Source: Lachnospiraceae bacterium
GTDB taxonomy: Bacteria > Bacillota > Clostridia > Lachnospirales > Lachnospiraceae
Length of the DNA: 64,000 nt
Direction: 5' to 3'
Assembly (NCBI GenBank): GCA_019420465.1
Contig: JAHZHB010000119.1
Coordinates: forward strand, 1,002-65,001
Both the position numbers and the translations under genes were made by a program. Shown here in pieces: positions 1 through 9,662 of this stretch. How positions within the stretch are numbered: position 1 is the stretch's first letter; each line of letters begins with the position of its first letter. The notes beneath the pieces are model-generated. The model was not told where the DNA came from. It ran no database searches and saw nothing but the letters and a program-made list of their open reading frames with translations.

Positions 1-39
1 TTTCAACTTATAGCAAAATTTTCTGTAATAGTCTTGCAT
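1..39 (-). CDS. 5' end of a CDS running off the window (position suggests spoVAD)
   Basis: ATG at 39..37 directly abuts the spoVAC stop (42..40). Only 13 codons are visible, so the product is inferred solely from the conserved spoVAC-spoVAD gene order. Confidence 0.3.
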   Translation of the reverse strand, partial: MQDYYRKFCYKLK

Positions 40-495
40 TTAACTGCACCACAGCTGCCACAGCCAGTAGCAGAAGCCCAGTGCCGAAGATGTTACGATA
101 CCGTATAAAATGACCGGACCGGCGATCGTAAAGATCTTGGCTCCGATGCCAAACACCTGGCCTTCTGTCTGATATTCCACGGCAGGTGCTGCCACACTGT
201 TGGCAAACCCTGTGATCGGCACGAGTGCTCCGGCACCGCCGAATTTACCGATATACGGCCAGATATTCGTTCCGGTAAGCAAAACGCTCACCAAAATCAG
301 AAGAATCGATGCAAAACTGCCGCTCATCTTTTCGTCAAGTCCCAGGCTTTTGCCTGCATTCAGAAAAATCTGTCCCAGTACACAGATCAGCCCGCCCACC
401 AGAAAGGCTTTTGCCATATTTTTCGGCAGGCTGTGTGTCGGTGTGATCTCTTCTACATACGCTTTGTATTCCTGTTTTTCCTGCTCTGTTACCAT
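40..495 (-). CDS. spoVAC: stage V sporulation protein AC (SpoVAC/SpoVAEB family)
   Basis: About 151 aa, multi-pass hydrophobic, with a GAGALVPITGFANSV segment typical of SpoVAC. AAGGAG RBS lies 7 nt before ATG 495; the track start at 513 is a GTG extension. Follows spoVAA/spoVAB. Confidence 0.85.
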   Translation of the reverse strand: MVTEQEKQEYKAYVEEITPTHSLPKNMAKAFLVGGLICVLGQIFLNAGKSLGLDEKMSGSFASILLILVSVLLTGTNIWPYIGKFGGAGALVPITGFANSVAAPAVEYQTEGQVFGIGAKIFTIAGPVILYGIVTSSALGFCYWLWQLWCS

Positions 496-549
496 AGTTT
501 TTCTCCTTTTCACCCGTTGTATTCTGCGGATTTTCTACTGGCCGTACGG

Positions 550-951
550 CTACACACAAAGTGCCAGAAAGGCACCGGCTGCTTTGCCCAGGCACAATGC
601 CCATACGATCACCGAAAGCAGCACACGGATATGCAGCCGCCTGAAGATCACCGCATACATATTAAAAAGCTCTCCCAGCGCACACGTCCAGCATCCGGTA
701 AAGATACCTCCCGTCAGCCCAAGAAGCGAAAGCAGCCAGATACCGGCCTCCATCCGGATGACATCCAGCTCCAGAAGGAGCCCGGCATACATACCACACA
801 TCACCACAGTTTCATAAAAAAGGATCTTTTTTACGGTTCCGCTGATCGCTGCGATCCGCGGGACGATCCCCAGCGCCAGAATAAACGCCGCCGTGGAAAA
901 AGCCACGGCAATACCGCCGCAAAAGGCGATCATACCGCCAAGGATCTTCAT
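550..951 (-). CDS. spoVAB: stage V sporulation protein AB
   Basis: 133-aa membrane protein resembling B. subtilis SpoVAB (LGIVPRI... region). Its ATG overlaps the spoVAA stop (ATGA), and it sits between spoVAA and spoVAC. Confidence 0.75.
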   Translation of the reverse strand: MKILGGMIAFCGGIAVAFSTAAFILALGIVPRIAAISGTVKKILFYETVVMCGMYAGLLLELDVIRMEAGIWLLSLLGLTGGIFTGCWTCALGELFNMYAVIFRRLHIRVLLSVIVWALCLGKAAGAFLALCV

Positions 952-1580
952 ATATCACTCTCCCTGTCCTCCTGCTCCAGGATCGTTTCCTCTGCCTCCT
1001 GCATATACTGTTTCATCTCCATTTCCATGGGCGTCGGCTCATCCTGCAGTCTGAAGCTTCCAAAATGATTGAAATACAGAAGCATTCCTGCACCTACGCC
1101 CAAACTGAAACAGATCTCTATCCCTTTGCTGTCCGCAGCCCCCTGCATCCCCATATACAGATAGATCCTGCTGAACAGTCCGTTTAAATTGGCTTCATGG
1201 ATAAAGGTCATAAACGTAAAGGCCGAACCGACAAAGACAACTGTCGCCACAAAAAGGCTCCACATACCTGCCCGGATGCCCGGTTTTTTCTGTGGTTTTT
1301 TATATTCCAGCACGATATCTGTATCTCCCAGAAAGCACAGATCACAGGCCGGCTCCTTCGCAAGGATCCTTGCACCGATCTCCCCGGCTGACAGCGTATA
1401 CTTTCCATAGGCCTTGTCCGGGATACTGGCTACCTTAAGTACCCGGATCTGTTCAACAAGTGCCAGATCTGCACCACAGATGTCAGCGATCTGCCCAAGC
1501 TGCACCGGTCCGGCCCCCGCCTCATTGTGCCGTGCAAGCTGAAGATAGATCTTTTTTTTCTCCGGATCTTTCATACTCAT
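948..1580 (-). CDS. spoVAA: stage V sporulation protein AA
   Basis: Matches B. subtilis SpoVAA by eye (YFNHF...EPTPMEMEM versus FNHIF...EPSPLEVEM). AAGGAGAG RBS precedes ATG 1580; the track ORF extends to 1613. Lies immediately downstream of sigF. Confidence 0.75.
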   Translation of the reverse strand: MSMKDPEKKKIYLQLARHNEAGAGPVQLGQIADICGADLALVEQIRVLKVASIPDKAYGKYTLSAGEIGARILAKEPACDLCFLGDTDIVLEYKKPQKKPGIRAGMWSLFVATVVFVGSAFTFMTFIHEANLNGLFSRIYLYMGMQGAADSKGIEICFSLGVGAGMLLYFNHFGSFRLQDEPTPMEMEMKQYMQEAEETILEQEDRESDI

Positions 1581-1625
1581 TTTCTCTCCTTTTGTCATGG
1601 CAAGTATCTGCAAAAGGCAGCAGGA

Positions 1626-2357
1626 TTATGCATGCTCTTTCATCTTTTGCTGCAGGCGGATCTTGTGCAGGATACGTTTTTCCATACGGGACACCTGCAC
1701 CTGTGATATGCCGAGCTTTTCGGCGATATACGACTGTGTCAGTTCCTGCTCGTAACGCATATACAGAAGATGCCTTTCCTGCTGTGTCAGATCCTTTAAA
1801 AGTTCCTCCAAAAGCAGCTGATCCAGTACCTTCTCATGCCTGTCTTTCGGATCCTCCAGACGATCCATCAGGGTCCGTCCACCGCTTTCATCACGGTACA
1901 CTGCCTGTTCCAGAGATTCCACATCCATCGTAGCCTCCAGGACCGGTGCCAGTTCCTCCGGCGCTATGGCCATCGCTGCAGCGATCTCCTCCATCGTCGG
2001 TTCACGGCCCAGTTTTATCTCCAGCTTTTCTTTTTCCCTGTACATCTGCACGGCCTTCTCTTTGAGGGAGCGGCTCACCTTCAGCATACTGTTATCCCTG
2101 AGATGCCGCCGGATCTCTCCTGAGATCATGGGCACAGCATAGGTGGAAAAGCAGACACCGTATGCCGTATCAAAATGATCAATAGCCTTTAGCAGCCCTA
2201 TACTGCCGATCTGAAACAGGTCATCCATCTCCACATTTCTGTTTAAAAAACGCCGGGCTACGCTCCACACCAGTCCCATATTCTGCTCTGTCAGCGTAGC
2301 TCTGGCCTCTTTATCTCCCTGGTGTGCCCGCGCAAGCAAAGACAGCGTATCCGTCAT
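1626..2357 (-). CDS. sigF: RNA polymerase sporulation sigma factor SigF
   Basis: 243-aa sigma-70 family protein with regions 2-4. Lies downstream of spoIIAA-spoIIAB and has a GGAGG RBS. Confidence 0.9.
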   Translation of the reverse strand: MTDTLSLLARAHQGDKEARATLTEQNMGLVWSVARRFLNRNVEMDDLFQIGSIGLLKAIDHFDTAYGVCFSTYAVPMISGEIRRHLRDNSMLKVSRSLKEKAVQMYREKEKLEIKLGREPTMEEIAAAMAIAPEELAPVLEATMDVESLEQAVYRDESGGRTLMDRLEDPKDRHEKVLDQLLLEELLKDLTQQERHLLYMRYEQELTQSYIAEKLGISQVQVSRMEKRILHKIRLQQKMKEHA

Positions 2358-2368
2358 GGCACCTCCTT

Positions 2369-2812
2369 TCAGTCAAAAGGATGATGTCCGCTGCCAAAGA
2401 TTTTTTTCATACGGACGGTCGTGCCTTTTTCCGGTGCTGATTCTACCGACAGTTCATCCATAAAAGCCTCCATAAAGGCAAATCCCATACCGGATCTGTC
2501 AAGCTCCGGCCGTGTCGTATATAAAGGCTCCATGGCCTTTTTGACGTCTCTGATCCCGACACCGTGGTCGGTCACCACTACTTCCATGGTTTTTCCGCGG
2601 ACACGGCATTCGATCCGTATTTTATCCGTTTTTTCCCTGTAGGCATGGATCACTGCATTGGTCACAGCCTCAGATACGGCTGTTTTCAGATCTGCCACCT
2701 CTTCCAGTGTGGGATTCAGCTGTGTGGCAAACGCTGCCACCGCCACCCTGACAAAGCCCTCGTTTTGTGAGCGGCTGTCAAATTCCAGTACCATTTCATT
2801 GGTGTCTTCCAT
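2369..2812 (-). CDS. spoIIAB: anti-sigma F factor (serine kinase) SpoIIAB
   Basis: HATPase-type anti-sigma kinase (SEAVTNAVIHAY, GMGF). ATG 2812 gives a ~147-aa protein colinear with B. subtilis SpoIIAB. An alternative ATG at 2851 abuts the spoIIAA stop. Confidence 0.9.
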   Translation of the reverse strand: MEDTNEMVLEFDSRSQNEGFVRVAVAAFATQLNPTLEEVADLKTAVSEAVTNAVIHAYREKTDKIRIECRVRGKTMEVVVTDHGVGIRDVKKAMEPLYTTRPELDRSGMGFAFMEAFMDELSVESAPEKGTTVRMKKIFGSGHHPFD

Positions 2813-2851
2813 GATATGCCCCCTATTCCTTTTTTCATTCCCCAAAAGCAT

Positions 2852-3169
2852 CTATACCCCTCTGATCTCGATCCTTTTGCTGATCCCGGCCAGCTCAAGG
2901 ATCTTCTTTACCCGTTCTTTTGTATGCACAGCATAGATCTCTCCGCCGCTGCGGCTGATCTGGCGGTAACGCCCCATCAGCATACCGATCCCGGAGCTGT
3001 CCATAAACTCCGTTTCCTGAAAATCCATCTCGATCTCTTCGATCCTCTGGTGACGAAGAATCTCCTCTGTCTGCTGACGGATCGGCGTTGCCGTATGATG
3101 ATCCAGCTCTTTTGGCACATGAATGATCATACGCTGTCCGATGACTTCCACCGTTTTCTTCATATACAC
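2852..3169 (-). CDS. spoIIAA: anti-sigma F factor antagonist SpoIIAA (STAS domain)
   Basis: 105-aa STAS protein with the DSSGIG phosphorylation-site motif. First gene of the spoIIA operon. Confidence 0.9.
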   Translation of the reverse strand: MYMKKTVEVIGQRMIIHVPKELDHHTATPIRQQTEEILRHQRIEEIEMDFQETEFMDSSGIGMLMGRYRQISRSGGEIYAVHTKERVKKILELAGISKRIEIRGV

Positions 3170-3200
3170 TCTCCCTTCCTCACAGGCTGCCTCTTCGTAT

Positions 3201-3237
3201 AAAAAAGGGATGTACAGCTTTTAGACTGTACATCCCC
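3201..3237 (-). terminator. intrinsic terminator after the TPR gene
   Basis: On the minus strand, an 11-bp stem GGGATGTACAG/CTGTACATCCC is followed by a T run. Confidence 0.6.
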
Positions 3238-3270
3238 TGTATCCGAGGTTTTTCTGTTGTATGTAAATCC

Positions 3271-4929
3271 TTACTGGTTGCCAAGAACGTCCTGGGCATT
3301 GCCAAGACCTGTGGCATCTTCGCCTGCCGTCTGTGTATCCCCGGCTGCCTGTGGCTCTGTGGCCGCTGTATCGGCTGTACCGGTATCCTCACCTGCAGTG
3401 GTATCTGTCTCAGGCGCAGCGGCCTGCGGATCCTCTGTGGCCGTATCCTGTCCGGCGGTATCTGCCGTATTACCGGTCGTATCTGCTGCCGCTGTATCGG
3501 CTGCTGCTGTACCGTTACCGGTCTCTTTATTGATGATGTCGATAAAGGCCTGGGCATTCGTCGCACGGCGGGAATTCGGGAAATTCTTTACGATCGCTTC
3601 AAAAACAGTTTTGGCGTCACCGCTCTTTCCCAGCTCTCTGTAGGACAGCGCCAGACACTCCAGCACATTGTAATCCGTACTCTTGATATCCATGGCCTTT
3701 TGCAGTTCATCTGCTGCCGTCTGGTAATCCTTGTCCACATAGGCCTGTACACCTTTTGACTTGTACTGTTCAAACAGGCTGTCCTTAACCTGACTGTAGA
3801 TCGAATCATACAGAATACGGGCATCTACAGAAAGCCCTGTCTCATCGATATTTTCGATGACATTGAGCACACTGTCATAATTGCCCTCCGTGTAGGCACT
3901 GTATGCCTTGACCAGATTCTGATAGCTCTCCACTTCTTTTTTGGCGGCATCGATCTGCTCATTTGCCGATGCCACGGTATTTTCAGATTCTGTGATCTGT
4001 TCCTTCAGTTTGGCTATCTCCGTAGACTGGCTGGCCATCGTATCCGAATACTCAACGATCTTGCCGTTGGCTGTTTCGTTGATCTCTTTTCGTGTCGCCG
4101 GAACGACCAAAAACCACACAACAGCCGCACCTACCAAAAGGCCGAAACACAGATTGATCAGTGTGGCTACGACCGACGTCTCACGGAAAGCCGGTGGCTG
4201 GATCACCACGTCATTATCGGAAACAAAGATCTCCGGACCACCCTCCCTGAGATCATCCGCCTCTTTGTTGCCAAAGGAAGGCAGCAGGGATCTTGTGCCT
4301 GAACGGCCGGAAGTACCCAGCTGTTCATCGATCTCCTTCATAAAACGCAGTGTTGTTGAATTGGTATGGTCGATCCTGATCGCCTTTTTCAGCACACGGC
4401 GGGCTTTTTTATATTCACCGCTGTGCATATAGATCAGTGCCAGCAGGTGATAGCCCTTGATCAGCTTCGGATTCTGCTGCAGCACTTTTTTCAACTGGAT
4501 GATCGCCGTATCGGTATGGCCTGCACGGCACGTTTCCAGTGCTTCATTATATTTTTTGATGGACAGATTGATCGTATCCAGCTTGTTGGCATTGGCCTGC
4601 AGCTGTGCGATAAAATCCGCAGCCAGATTGCCTTTTGTCTGCATATTGTCGCTGATGACCCACTCACTTAAGGCAGCCACCGCTTCGCCCATCTCAAAAT
4701 ACACCAGTCCCAGAAGATTACGGGCCTGTATATTTCGTTTATTAAATTTCAGACTGCGCACCAGAAGATCCACTGCGCCCGACAGATCGCGGATCTGGGC
4801 CTTTTCCAGTCCCTGATTATAATACAGATCAGAGATCAGATACGCACGTTTCTGAAGCGAAACATCACATCCGCAGCCCGGACAGTAGGAACTCTCGTTC
4901 AGTTCAGCCTGGCATTGTCTACATCTCAT
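3271..4929 (-). CDS. zinc-ribbon / TPR-repeat membrane protein with acidic T/A/D-rich tail
   Basis: N-terminal CxxC...CxxC zinc ribbon, several TPR-like repeats, one hydrophobic helix (VVATLINLCFGLLVGAAVVWFLVV), a coiled-coil stretch, more TPRs, and a low-complexity tail. Confidence 0.7.
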   Translation of the reverse strand: MRCRQCQAELNESSYCPGCGCDVSLQKRAYLISDLYYNQGLEKAQIRDLSGAVDLLVRSLKFNKRNIQARNLLGLVYFEMGEAVAALSEWVISDNMQTKGNLAADFIAQLQANANKLDTINLSIKKYNEALETCRAGHTDTAIIQLKKVLQQNPKLIKGYHLLALIYMHSGEYKKARRVLKKAIRIDHTNSTTLRFMKEIDEQLGTSGRSGTRSLLPSFGNKEADDLREGGPEIFVSDNDVVIQPPAFRETSVVATLINLCFGLLVGAAVVWFLVVPATRKEINETANGKIVEYSDTMASQSTEIAKLKEQITESENTVASANEQIDAAKKEVESYQNLVKAYSAYTEGNYDSVLNVIENIDETGLSVDARILYDSIYSQVKDSLFEQYKSKGVQAYVDKDYQTAADELQKAMDIKSTDYNVLECLALSYRELGKSGDAKTVFEAIVKNFPNSRRATNAQAFIDIINKETGNGTAAADTAAADTTGNTADTAGQDTATEDPQAAAPETDTTAGEDTGTADTAATEPQAAGDTQTAGEDATGLGNAQDVLGNQ

Positions 4930-4940
4930 GTAACTTCCCC

Positions 4941-5093
4941 TTATTTCGTCTGGTCTGACGTATTTTTTCTGTCCATCATCTCTTTCACGATATCGATGAC
5001 GTCTGTCAGCTCCTGATTATGAATGGCTTCTTCTACCTCGCCAACCTCCAGACACGGTTTGAATTTTTTTAATTCTTCTTCGTAATTAATCAT
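4941..5093 (-). CDS. hypothetical 50-aa acidic protein, translationally coupled to folC
   Basis: ATG 5093 overlaps the folC stop (ATGATTAA). The longer track ORF (to 5288) lies inside folC and is not credible. No recognisable family. Confidence 0.35.
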   Translation of the reverse strand: MINYEEELKKFKPCLEVGEVEEAIHNQELTDVIDIVKEMMDRKNTSDQTK

Positions 5094-6417
5094 CCGTACT
5101 CCTCTCTTCACCGGCCAGATACGCCTTGATCTCTCCGACCAGATACAAAGAACCGACACAAAACAGCATACCCTCACCCTTATGGCTTTCGGCCAGCTGA
5201 TAGGCCTTTGCCACATCCGGCTCGCTTTCCACCGCTTCACAGCCATGGGTTTTAAATACCTCCGCAAGCTCTGCAGCCGGTACTTCACGGTAACCGCCTA
5301 CCTGTGTGGTCACCACATGCTGCGGATGGATCCTGTCACAGATCGATGCGATCATGGTATCGTATGCCTTGTCCGACACAGCCGAAAACAGCAGTGTTAC
5401 CGGACATTCTCTGGCAAAGTGCTCCGCGGTCTCCACAAAACGGGCCACACCATCCGCATTGTGTGCACCGTCCAGGACAACACCCGGACGCACGGTTTCC
5501 ATACGGCCCGGCCAGCTGGTCGAAGCGATGCCGCGCACCAGATCTTTTTCACTGATGTGGTGCACATCCTTTAATACCAGCATCGTCAGATAGGCCAGCG
5601 AAGCATTCATCATCTGATACGGTGCGATATAGGGAATCTGCAGTCTGGTGTCTTCACAGTATGCACTGTGAAACATGAAACGGATCCCTTCTCTTGTATT
5701 TTCCAGGATCTTATACATATCCTCTTTGAGCTCGTACGCAGGCGCATCCATCTTTTTGGCCTGTGTGCGGATCACAGCAGCTGCCTCAGGCACATGACCG
5801 TCATAAATGACGGGAATATGCGGCTTGATGATCCCTGCCTTTTCTCCTGCGATAGCTTCGATCGTATCTCCGAGGATCTCCGTATGGTCCAGACTGATAG
5901 AGGTAATGATCGTTGCCAGCGGTGCTTTCACACTGTTGGTTGCGTCCAGACGACCGCCAAGGCCGGTCTCCAGCACGCAGAAATCCACATGCTTTTTCTG
6001 AAAATACAGCATGCCCATAACAAACAGCGTCTCAAAATAGCTGGGATGTCCCTCACCGGCTGCCATCATCTCGTCGATCTTTTCCTTTACCTGCAGAAAA
6101 ACTTCTGTAAAATCCTCTTTGCTGGCCATAACACCATCGATCTGGAATCGCTCCCGGATATCGACCAGGTGCGGCGAGGTAAAGAAGCCGCAGGAAATGC
6201 CTCCGGCTTTGAACATACTGGCCAGATAGGCACAGGTGCTTCCCTTGCCATTGGTACCTGCCACATGGATCACCCGGAACTGATCCTGCGGATCGCCCAG
6301 AAGGCCGAGCAGCTTTCTGGTGTGTTCTAAGGGATGCTTTGTCGAAAATTTTGGTATTTCTTCTATATATTCTGTTATTTCCTGATAATGCAAAATGATC
6401 ACCACTTTATCTTTCAT
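5086..6417 (-). CDS. folC: bifunctional folylpolyglutamate synthase / dihydrofolate synthase
   Basis: Mur-ligase-type P-loop HVAGTNGKGST and overall FolC-like layout. 443 aa; the exact start is uncertain because the RBS is weak. Confidence 0.9.
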   Translation of the reverse strand: MKDKVVIILHYQEITEYIEEIPKFSTKHPLEHTRKLLGLLGDPQDQFRVIHVAGTNGKGSTCAYLASMFKAGGISCGFFTSPHLVDIRERFQIDGVMASKEDFTEVFLQVKEKIDEMMAAGEGHPSYFETLFVMGMLYFQKKHVDFCVLETGLGGRLDATNSVKAPLATIITSISLDHTEILGDTIEAIAGEKAGIIKPHIPVIYDGHVPEAAAVIRTQAKKMDAPAYELKEDMYKILENTREGIRFMFHSAYCEDTRLQIPYIAPYQMMNASLAYLTMLVLKDVHHISEKDLVRGIASTSWPGRMETVRPGVVLDGAHNADGVARFVETAEHFARECPVTLLFSAVSDKAYDTMIASICDRIHPQHVVTTQVGGYREVPAAELAEVFKTHGCEAVESEPDVAKAYQLAESHKGEGMLFCVGSLYLVGEIKAYLAGEERSTDD

Positions 6418-6455
6418 TATATACTGTGGCTTCGTATTGCCAAAGCCACAGTACT

Positions 6456-6484
6456 ATAATACGTGCAGTGGTGACCATTTGCAA
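6456..6484 (-). promoter_or_regulatory. sigma-A-like promoter upstream of folC
   Basis: Minus strand reads TTGCAA-17 nt-TATTAT, about 40 nt upstream of the folC start. Confidence 0.4.
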
Positions 6485-6586
6485 GTAAATAATATCGCAC
6501 TTTTAGACTTAAATCTCCGTGATTTTGCAAGAAGGCCGAACGTTTAGCGCCTGTCCTTCCTGCTTTTTCTAAAAAACGATTCTTTT

Positions 6587-9232
6587 TTAAAACTGAGCCA
6601 GACGCTCTTTGACCTGCGCCATCATCTGCTCATATTTTTCCAGTTTTGCCTTTTCTTCATCGACCTTGGCCTGCGGAGCCTTGGACAGGAATCTCTCATT
6701 ACCCAGCATACCGTGAGAACGGGCGATCTCTTTTTCCAGACGGGCCTCTTCCTTTTTCAGGCGTTCCAGCTCTTTTTCCTTATCGACCAGATCCTCCAGC
6801 GGCATATAGACAACAGCGTCTGCGATCACAACGGATACCGCATCCTCGCCGATACCTGTCTTGTCTGCCTGTACGGTGACGCTGCCTGCGAAAGCAAGCT
6901 TCTCGTATACGTCTGTATACTGTGAGAAATATTCACGTAAAGATGCATCTGCTGTCACAATAAAGACATGGGTCTTTTTGTTCTGCGGTACATTCATCTC
7001 GTTACGTGTGTTACGGATACCACGTACCATCTCTTTGACATGGTTGATGAAGGAAACCTCTGCCTCAAAATGCATCGCATCATCGGTAACCGGCCAGCTC
7101 TCGATCATGATCGTTTCAGCTTCCGGATGCAGTGTACAGTAGATCTCTTCTGTGATAAACGGCATATACGGATGCAGAAGCTTTAAGGCCTCTGACAGTA
7201 CATGAGTCAGTGTCCACAGCGCTGCATTGGCATCTGTGGGATTCTTTTCCTTGTCAAACAGACGGCTCTTTGCCATCTCGATATACCAGTCACAGAATTC
7301 ATCCCAGATAAAGTCGAAGATCTTCTGTACAGCGATACCAAGCTCAAACTTCTCCATATTGGCGGTTACGTCACCGATCAGGTCGTTTAACTCAGATAAG
7401 ATCCAACGGTCTGCCGGCTTCAAGTCCTCTGTAGCCGGTTTTTCCGGTGCTGTATCTCCCATATTCATCATGATGAAACGGGAAGCATTCCATACCTTGT
7501 TGGCAAAGTTACGGCTTGCCTCTACACGCTCCCAGTAGAAACGCATATCATTTCCCGGAGCGTTACCTGTGATCAGGGTCAGACGCAGGGCATCTGCACC
7601 GTATTTGTCGATAACTTCCAGCGGATCGATACCGTTTCCGAGAGATTTGCTCATCTTGCGGCCCTGGGAATCACGTACCAGACCGTGGATCAGAACGTGC
7701 TTAAACGGCGACTTTCCGGTCTGCTCCAGAGCGGAAAATACCATACGGATAACCCAGAAGAAGATGATATCGTATCCGGTAACCAGAACATCCGTCGGAT
7801 AGAAGTACTCATACTCCGGTGTCTTTTCCGGCCAGCCAAGTGTGGAGAACGGCCACAGTGCGGAGGAGAACCAGGTATCCAGTGTATCTTCATCCTGTGT
7901 CAGATGTGTGCAGCCACATTTCGGGCATTTATCCGGCATACCGATATTGACAACGACTTCCCCGCACTCATCACAGTAGTAAGCCGGGATACGGTGTCCC
8001 CACCACAGCTGACGGGAAATACACCAGTCACGGATATTTTCAAGCCAGTGTGTGTATGTCTTTTCAAAGCTCTCCGGTACAAAGTTCAGATCGTCTGTTT
8101 TGACAACCTTAAGCGCAGCCTCGCCCATCTCTTTCATGCGGACGAACCACTGCGGCTTGATCATCGGCTCTACCGTCGTATGGCAGCGGTCATGGGTACC
8201 AACATTATGCACATGACCTTCCACACGTACCAAAAGGCCCTGTGCCTCAAGATCAGCGACCATGGCTTTTCTGGCCTCATAACGGTCCATACCGGCATAT
8301 TTGCCGCCCAGACTGTTGATCGTACCGTCATCATTTAAGATATTGATCTCTTCGAGGTTGTGGCGCTTGCCGACCTCAAAGTCGTTCGGGTCATGGGCCG
8401 GTGTGATCTTTACGCAGCCGGTACCGAACTCTTTGTCTACATATTCATCAGCGATCACCGGGATCTCTCTGTCTGTCAGCGGCAGCTTCAGCATCTTGCC
8501 GATCAGATCCTTATAACGCTCATCCTCCGGATTGACAGCGACAGCAGTATCACCGAGCAGTGTCTCCGGACGGGTTGTGGCGATCTCTACAAAACGGCCT
8601 TCCTCACCGACGATCGGGTAGTTGATATGCCAGAAATGTCCGGCCTGCTCCTCATGCTCTACCTCGGCATCGGAGATGGATGTCTGGCATACCGGACACC
8701 AGTTGATGATACGGGAACCTTTGTAGATGTAGCCTTTCTTATACAGTTTCATAAAGACTTCTTCAACGGCACGGGAACAGCCCTCGTCCATGGTAAAACG
8801 CTCTCTGTCCCAGTCAGCAGAAGAACCCATCTTTTTCAGCTGATTGATGATCTTGTTGCCGTATTCGTTTTTCCACTCCCAGCAGTATTCTAGGAATTTC
8901 TCACGGCCGATATCGTTTTTGTCAATGCCCATCTTTTTCAGCTTGTCGATGACCTTGACCTCTGTAGCGATCGCTGCATGGTCTGTACCCGGCTGCCACA
9001 GTGCTTCGTATCCCTGCATACGTTTGAAACGGATCAGGATATCCTGCATGGTGTTGTCAAGGGCATGGCCCATATGCAGCTGGCCGGTAACGTTCGGCGG
9101 CGGCATAACGATGGTGAATGGTTTCTTATCCGGATTGACTTTGGCATGGAAATAGCCGCCGTCTACCCATTTCTGATACAGACGCTCTTCGATCCCCTTC
9201 GGATCATAGGTCTTTGCAAGTTCTTTGCTCAT
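6587..9232 (-). CDS. valS: valine--tRNA ligase
   Basis: 881 aa with class I HIGH (HMGH) and KMSKS motifs and a C-terminal coiled coil. A T-box leader with a Val specifier lies upstream. Confidence 0.97.
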   Translation of the reverse strand: MSKELAKTYDPKGIEERLYQKWVDGGYFHAKVNPDKKPFTIVMPPPNVTGQLHMGHALDNTMQDILIRFKRMQGYEALWQPGTDHAAIATEVKVIDKLKKMGIDKNDIGREKFLEYCWEWKNEYGNKIINQLKKMGSSADWDRERFTMDEGCSRAVEEVFMKLYKKGYIYKGSRIINWCPVCQTSISDAEVEHEEQAGHFWHINYPIVGEEGRFVEIATTRPETLLGDTAVAVNPEDERYKDLIGKMLKLPLTDREIPVIADEYVDKEFGTGCVKITPAHDPNDFEVGKRHNLEEINILNDDGTINSLGGKYAGMDRYEARKAMVADLEAQGLLVRVEGHVHNVGTHDRCHTTVEPMIKPQWFVRMKEMGEAALKVVKTDDLNFVPESFEKTYTHWLENIRDWCISRQLWWGHRIPAYYCDECGEVVVNIGMPDKCPKCGCTHLTQDEDTLDTWFSSALWPFSTLGWPEKTPEYEYFYPTDVLVTGYDIIFFWVIRMVFSALEQTGKSPFKHVLIHGLVRDSQGRKMSKSLGNGIDPLEVIDKYGADALRLTLITGNAPGNDMRFYWERVEASRNFANKVWNASRFIMMNMGDTAPEKPATEDLKPADRWILSELNDLIGDVTANMEKFELGIAVQKIFDFIWDEFCDWYIEMAKSRLFDKEKNPTDANAALWTLTHVLSEALKLLHPYMPFITEEIYCTLHPEAETIMIESWPVTDDAMHFEAEVSFINHVKEMVRGIRNTRNEMNVPQNKKTHVFIVTADASLREYFSQYTDVYEKLAFAGSVTVQADKTGIGEDAVSVVIADAVVYMPLEDLVDKEKELERLKKEEARLEKEIARSHGMLGNERFLSKAPQAKVDEEKAKLEKYEQMMAQVKERLAQF

Positions 9233-9296
9233 GGTGATTCTCCTTTTTGTTTTCTGGTATCTGTAAAGCAGTACAAAAACTGCCAGCGCAGTTCTC

Positions 9297-9555
9297 GCAG
9301 AAAAATAAAAGCCCTCTGCTTATATCAAAGCAAAGGGCGAATCTTAACCGCTGTACCACCTTTATTCGATGTGTATACATCCTCATTATCCTGTAACGTG
9401 GATCAGACGTGTCCGCTTACCTTTCGCAACACTGTACAGTTCAGCGGGCCGGTTCAAAAGCTACCTTCCGGATCTCCTCTCCCGGGAACTCTCTCAGCCT
9501 GCGGGGCTCCCTCTCTGGCGGCGGATAATCGCGTACTCCTCTTTCTCATTACCTT
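9297..9555 (-). promoter_or_regulatory. T-box leader (Val specifier GUA) with terminator/antiterminator
   Basis: Minus strand carries the T-box sequence AAAGGTGGTACAGCGG (9362..9347) and AGAGA/GCTGAGAGA stem I elements. The candidate specifier is GGAAG-GUA-G, with GUA at 9463..9461. A 9-bp terminator (9337..9310) is followed by TTTTATTTT. Confidence 0.85.
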
Positions 9556-9567
9556 TTCGTAAGCTCT

Positions 9568-9597
9568 ATCATAAACGCAGGATCGCGCACTTGTCAA
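9568..9597 (-). promoter_or_regulatory. sigma-A-like promoter for the valS leader
   Basis: Minus strand reads TTGACA-18 nt-TATGAT. Confidence 0.5.
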
Positions 9598-9630
9598 GGC
9601 TTTTACGGCTCCCTGATCATGATTTATGGC

Positions 9631-9655
9631 AAAAAGGGGGAGAATTCACTCCCCC
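9631..9655 (-). terminator. intrinsic terminator after the ABC transporter operon
   Basis: Minus strand reads GGGGGAG-tgaatt-CTCCCCC followed by TTTTT. Confidence 0.6.
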
Positions 9656-9662
9656 TGCCATA

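Noticed and set aside
3180-3643. Two 128-aa ORFs (3180..3566 minus, 3257..3643 plus) rich in P/R/Q or A/V/S
   Set aside because: They are artefacts of the repetitive DNA encoding the T/A/D-rich tail of the TPR protein.
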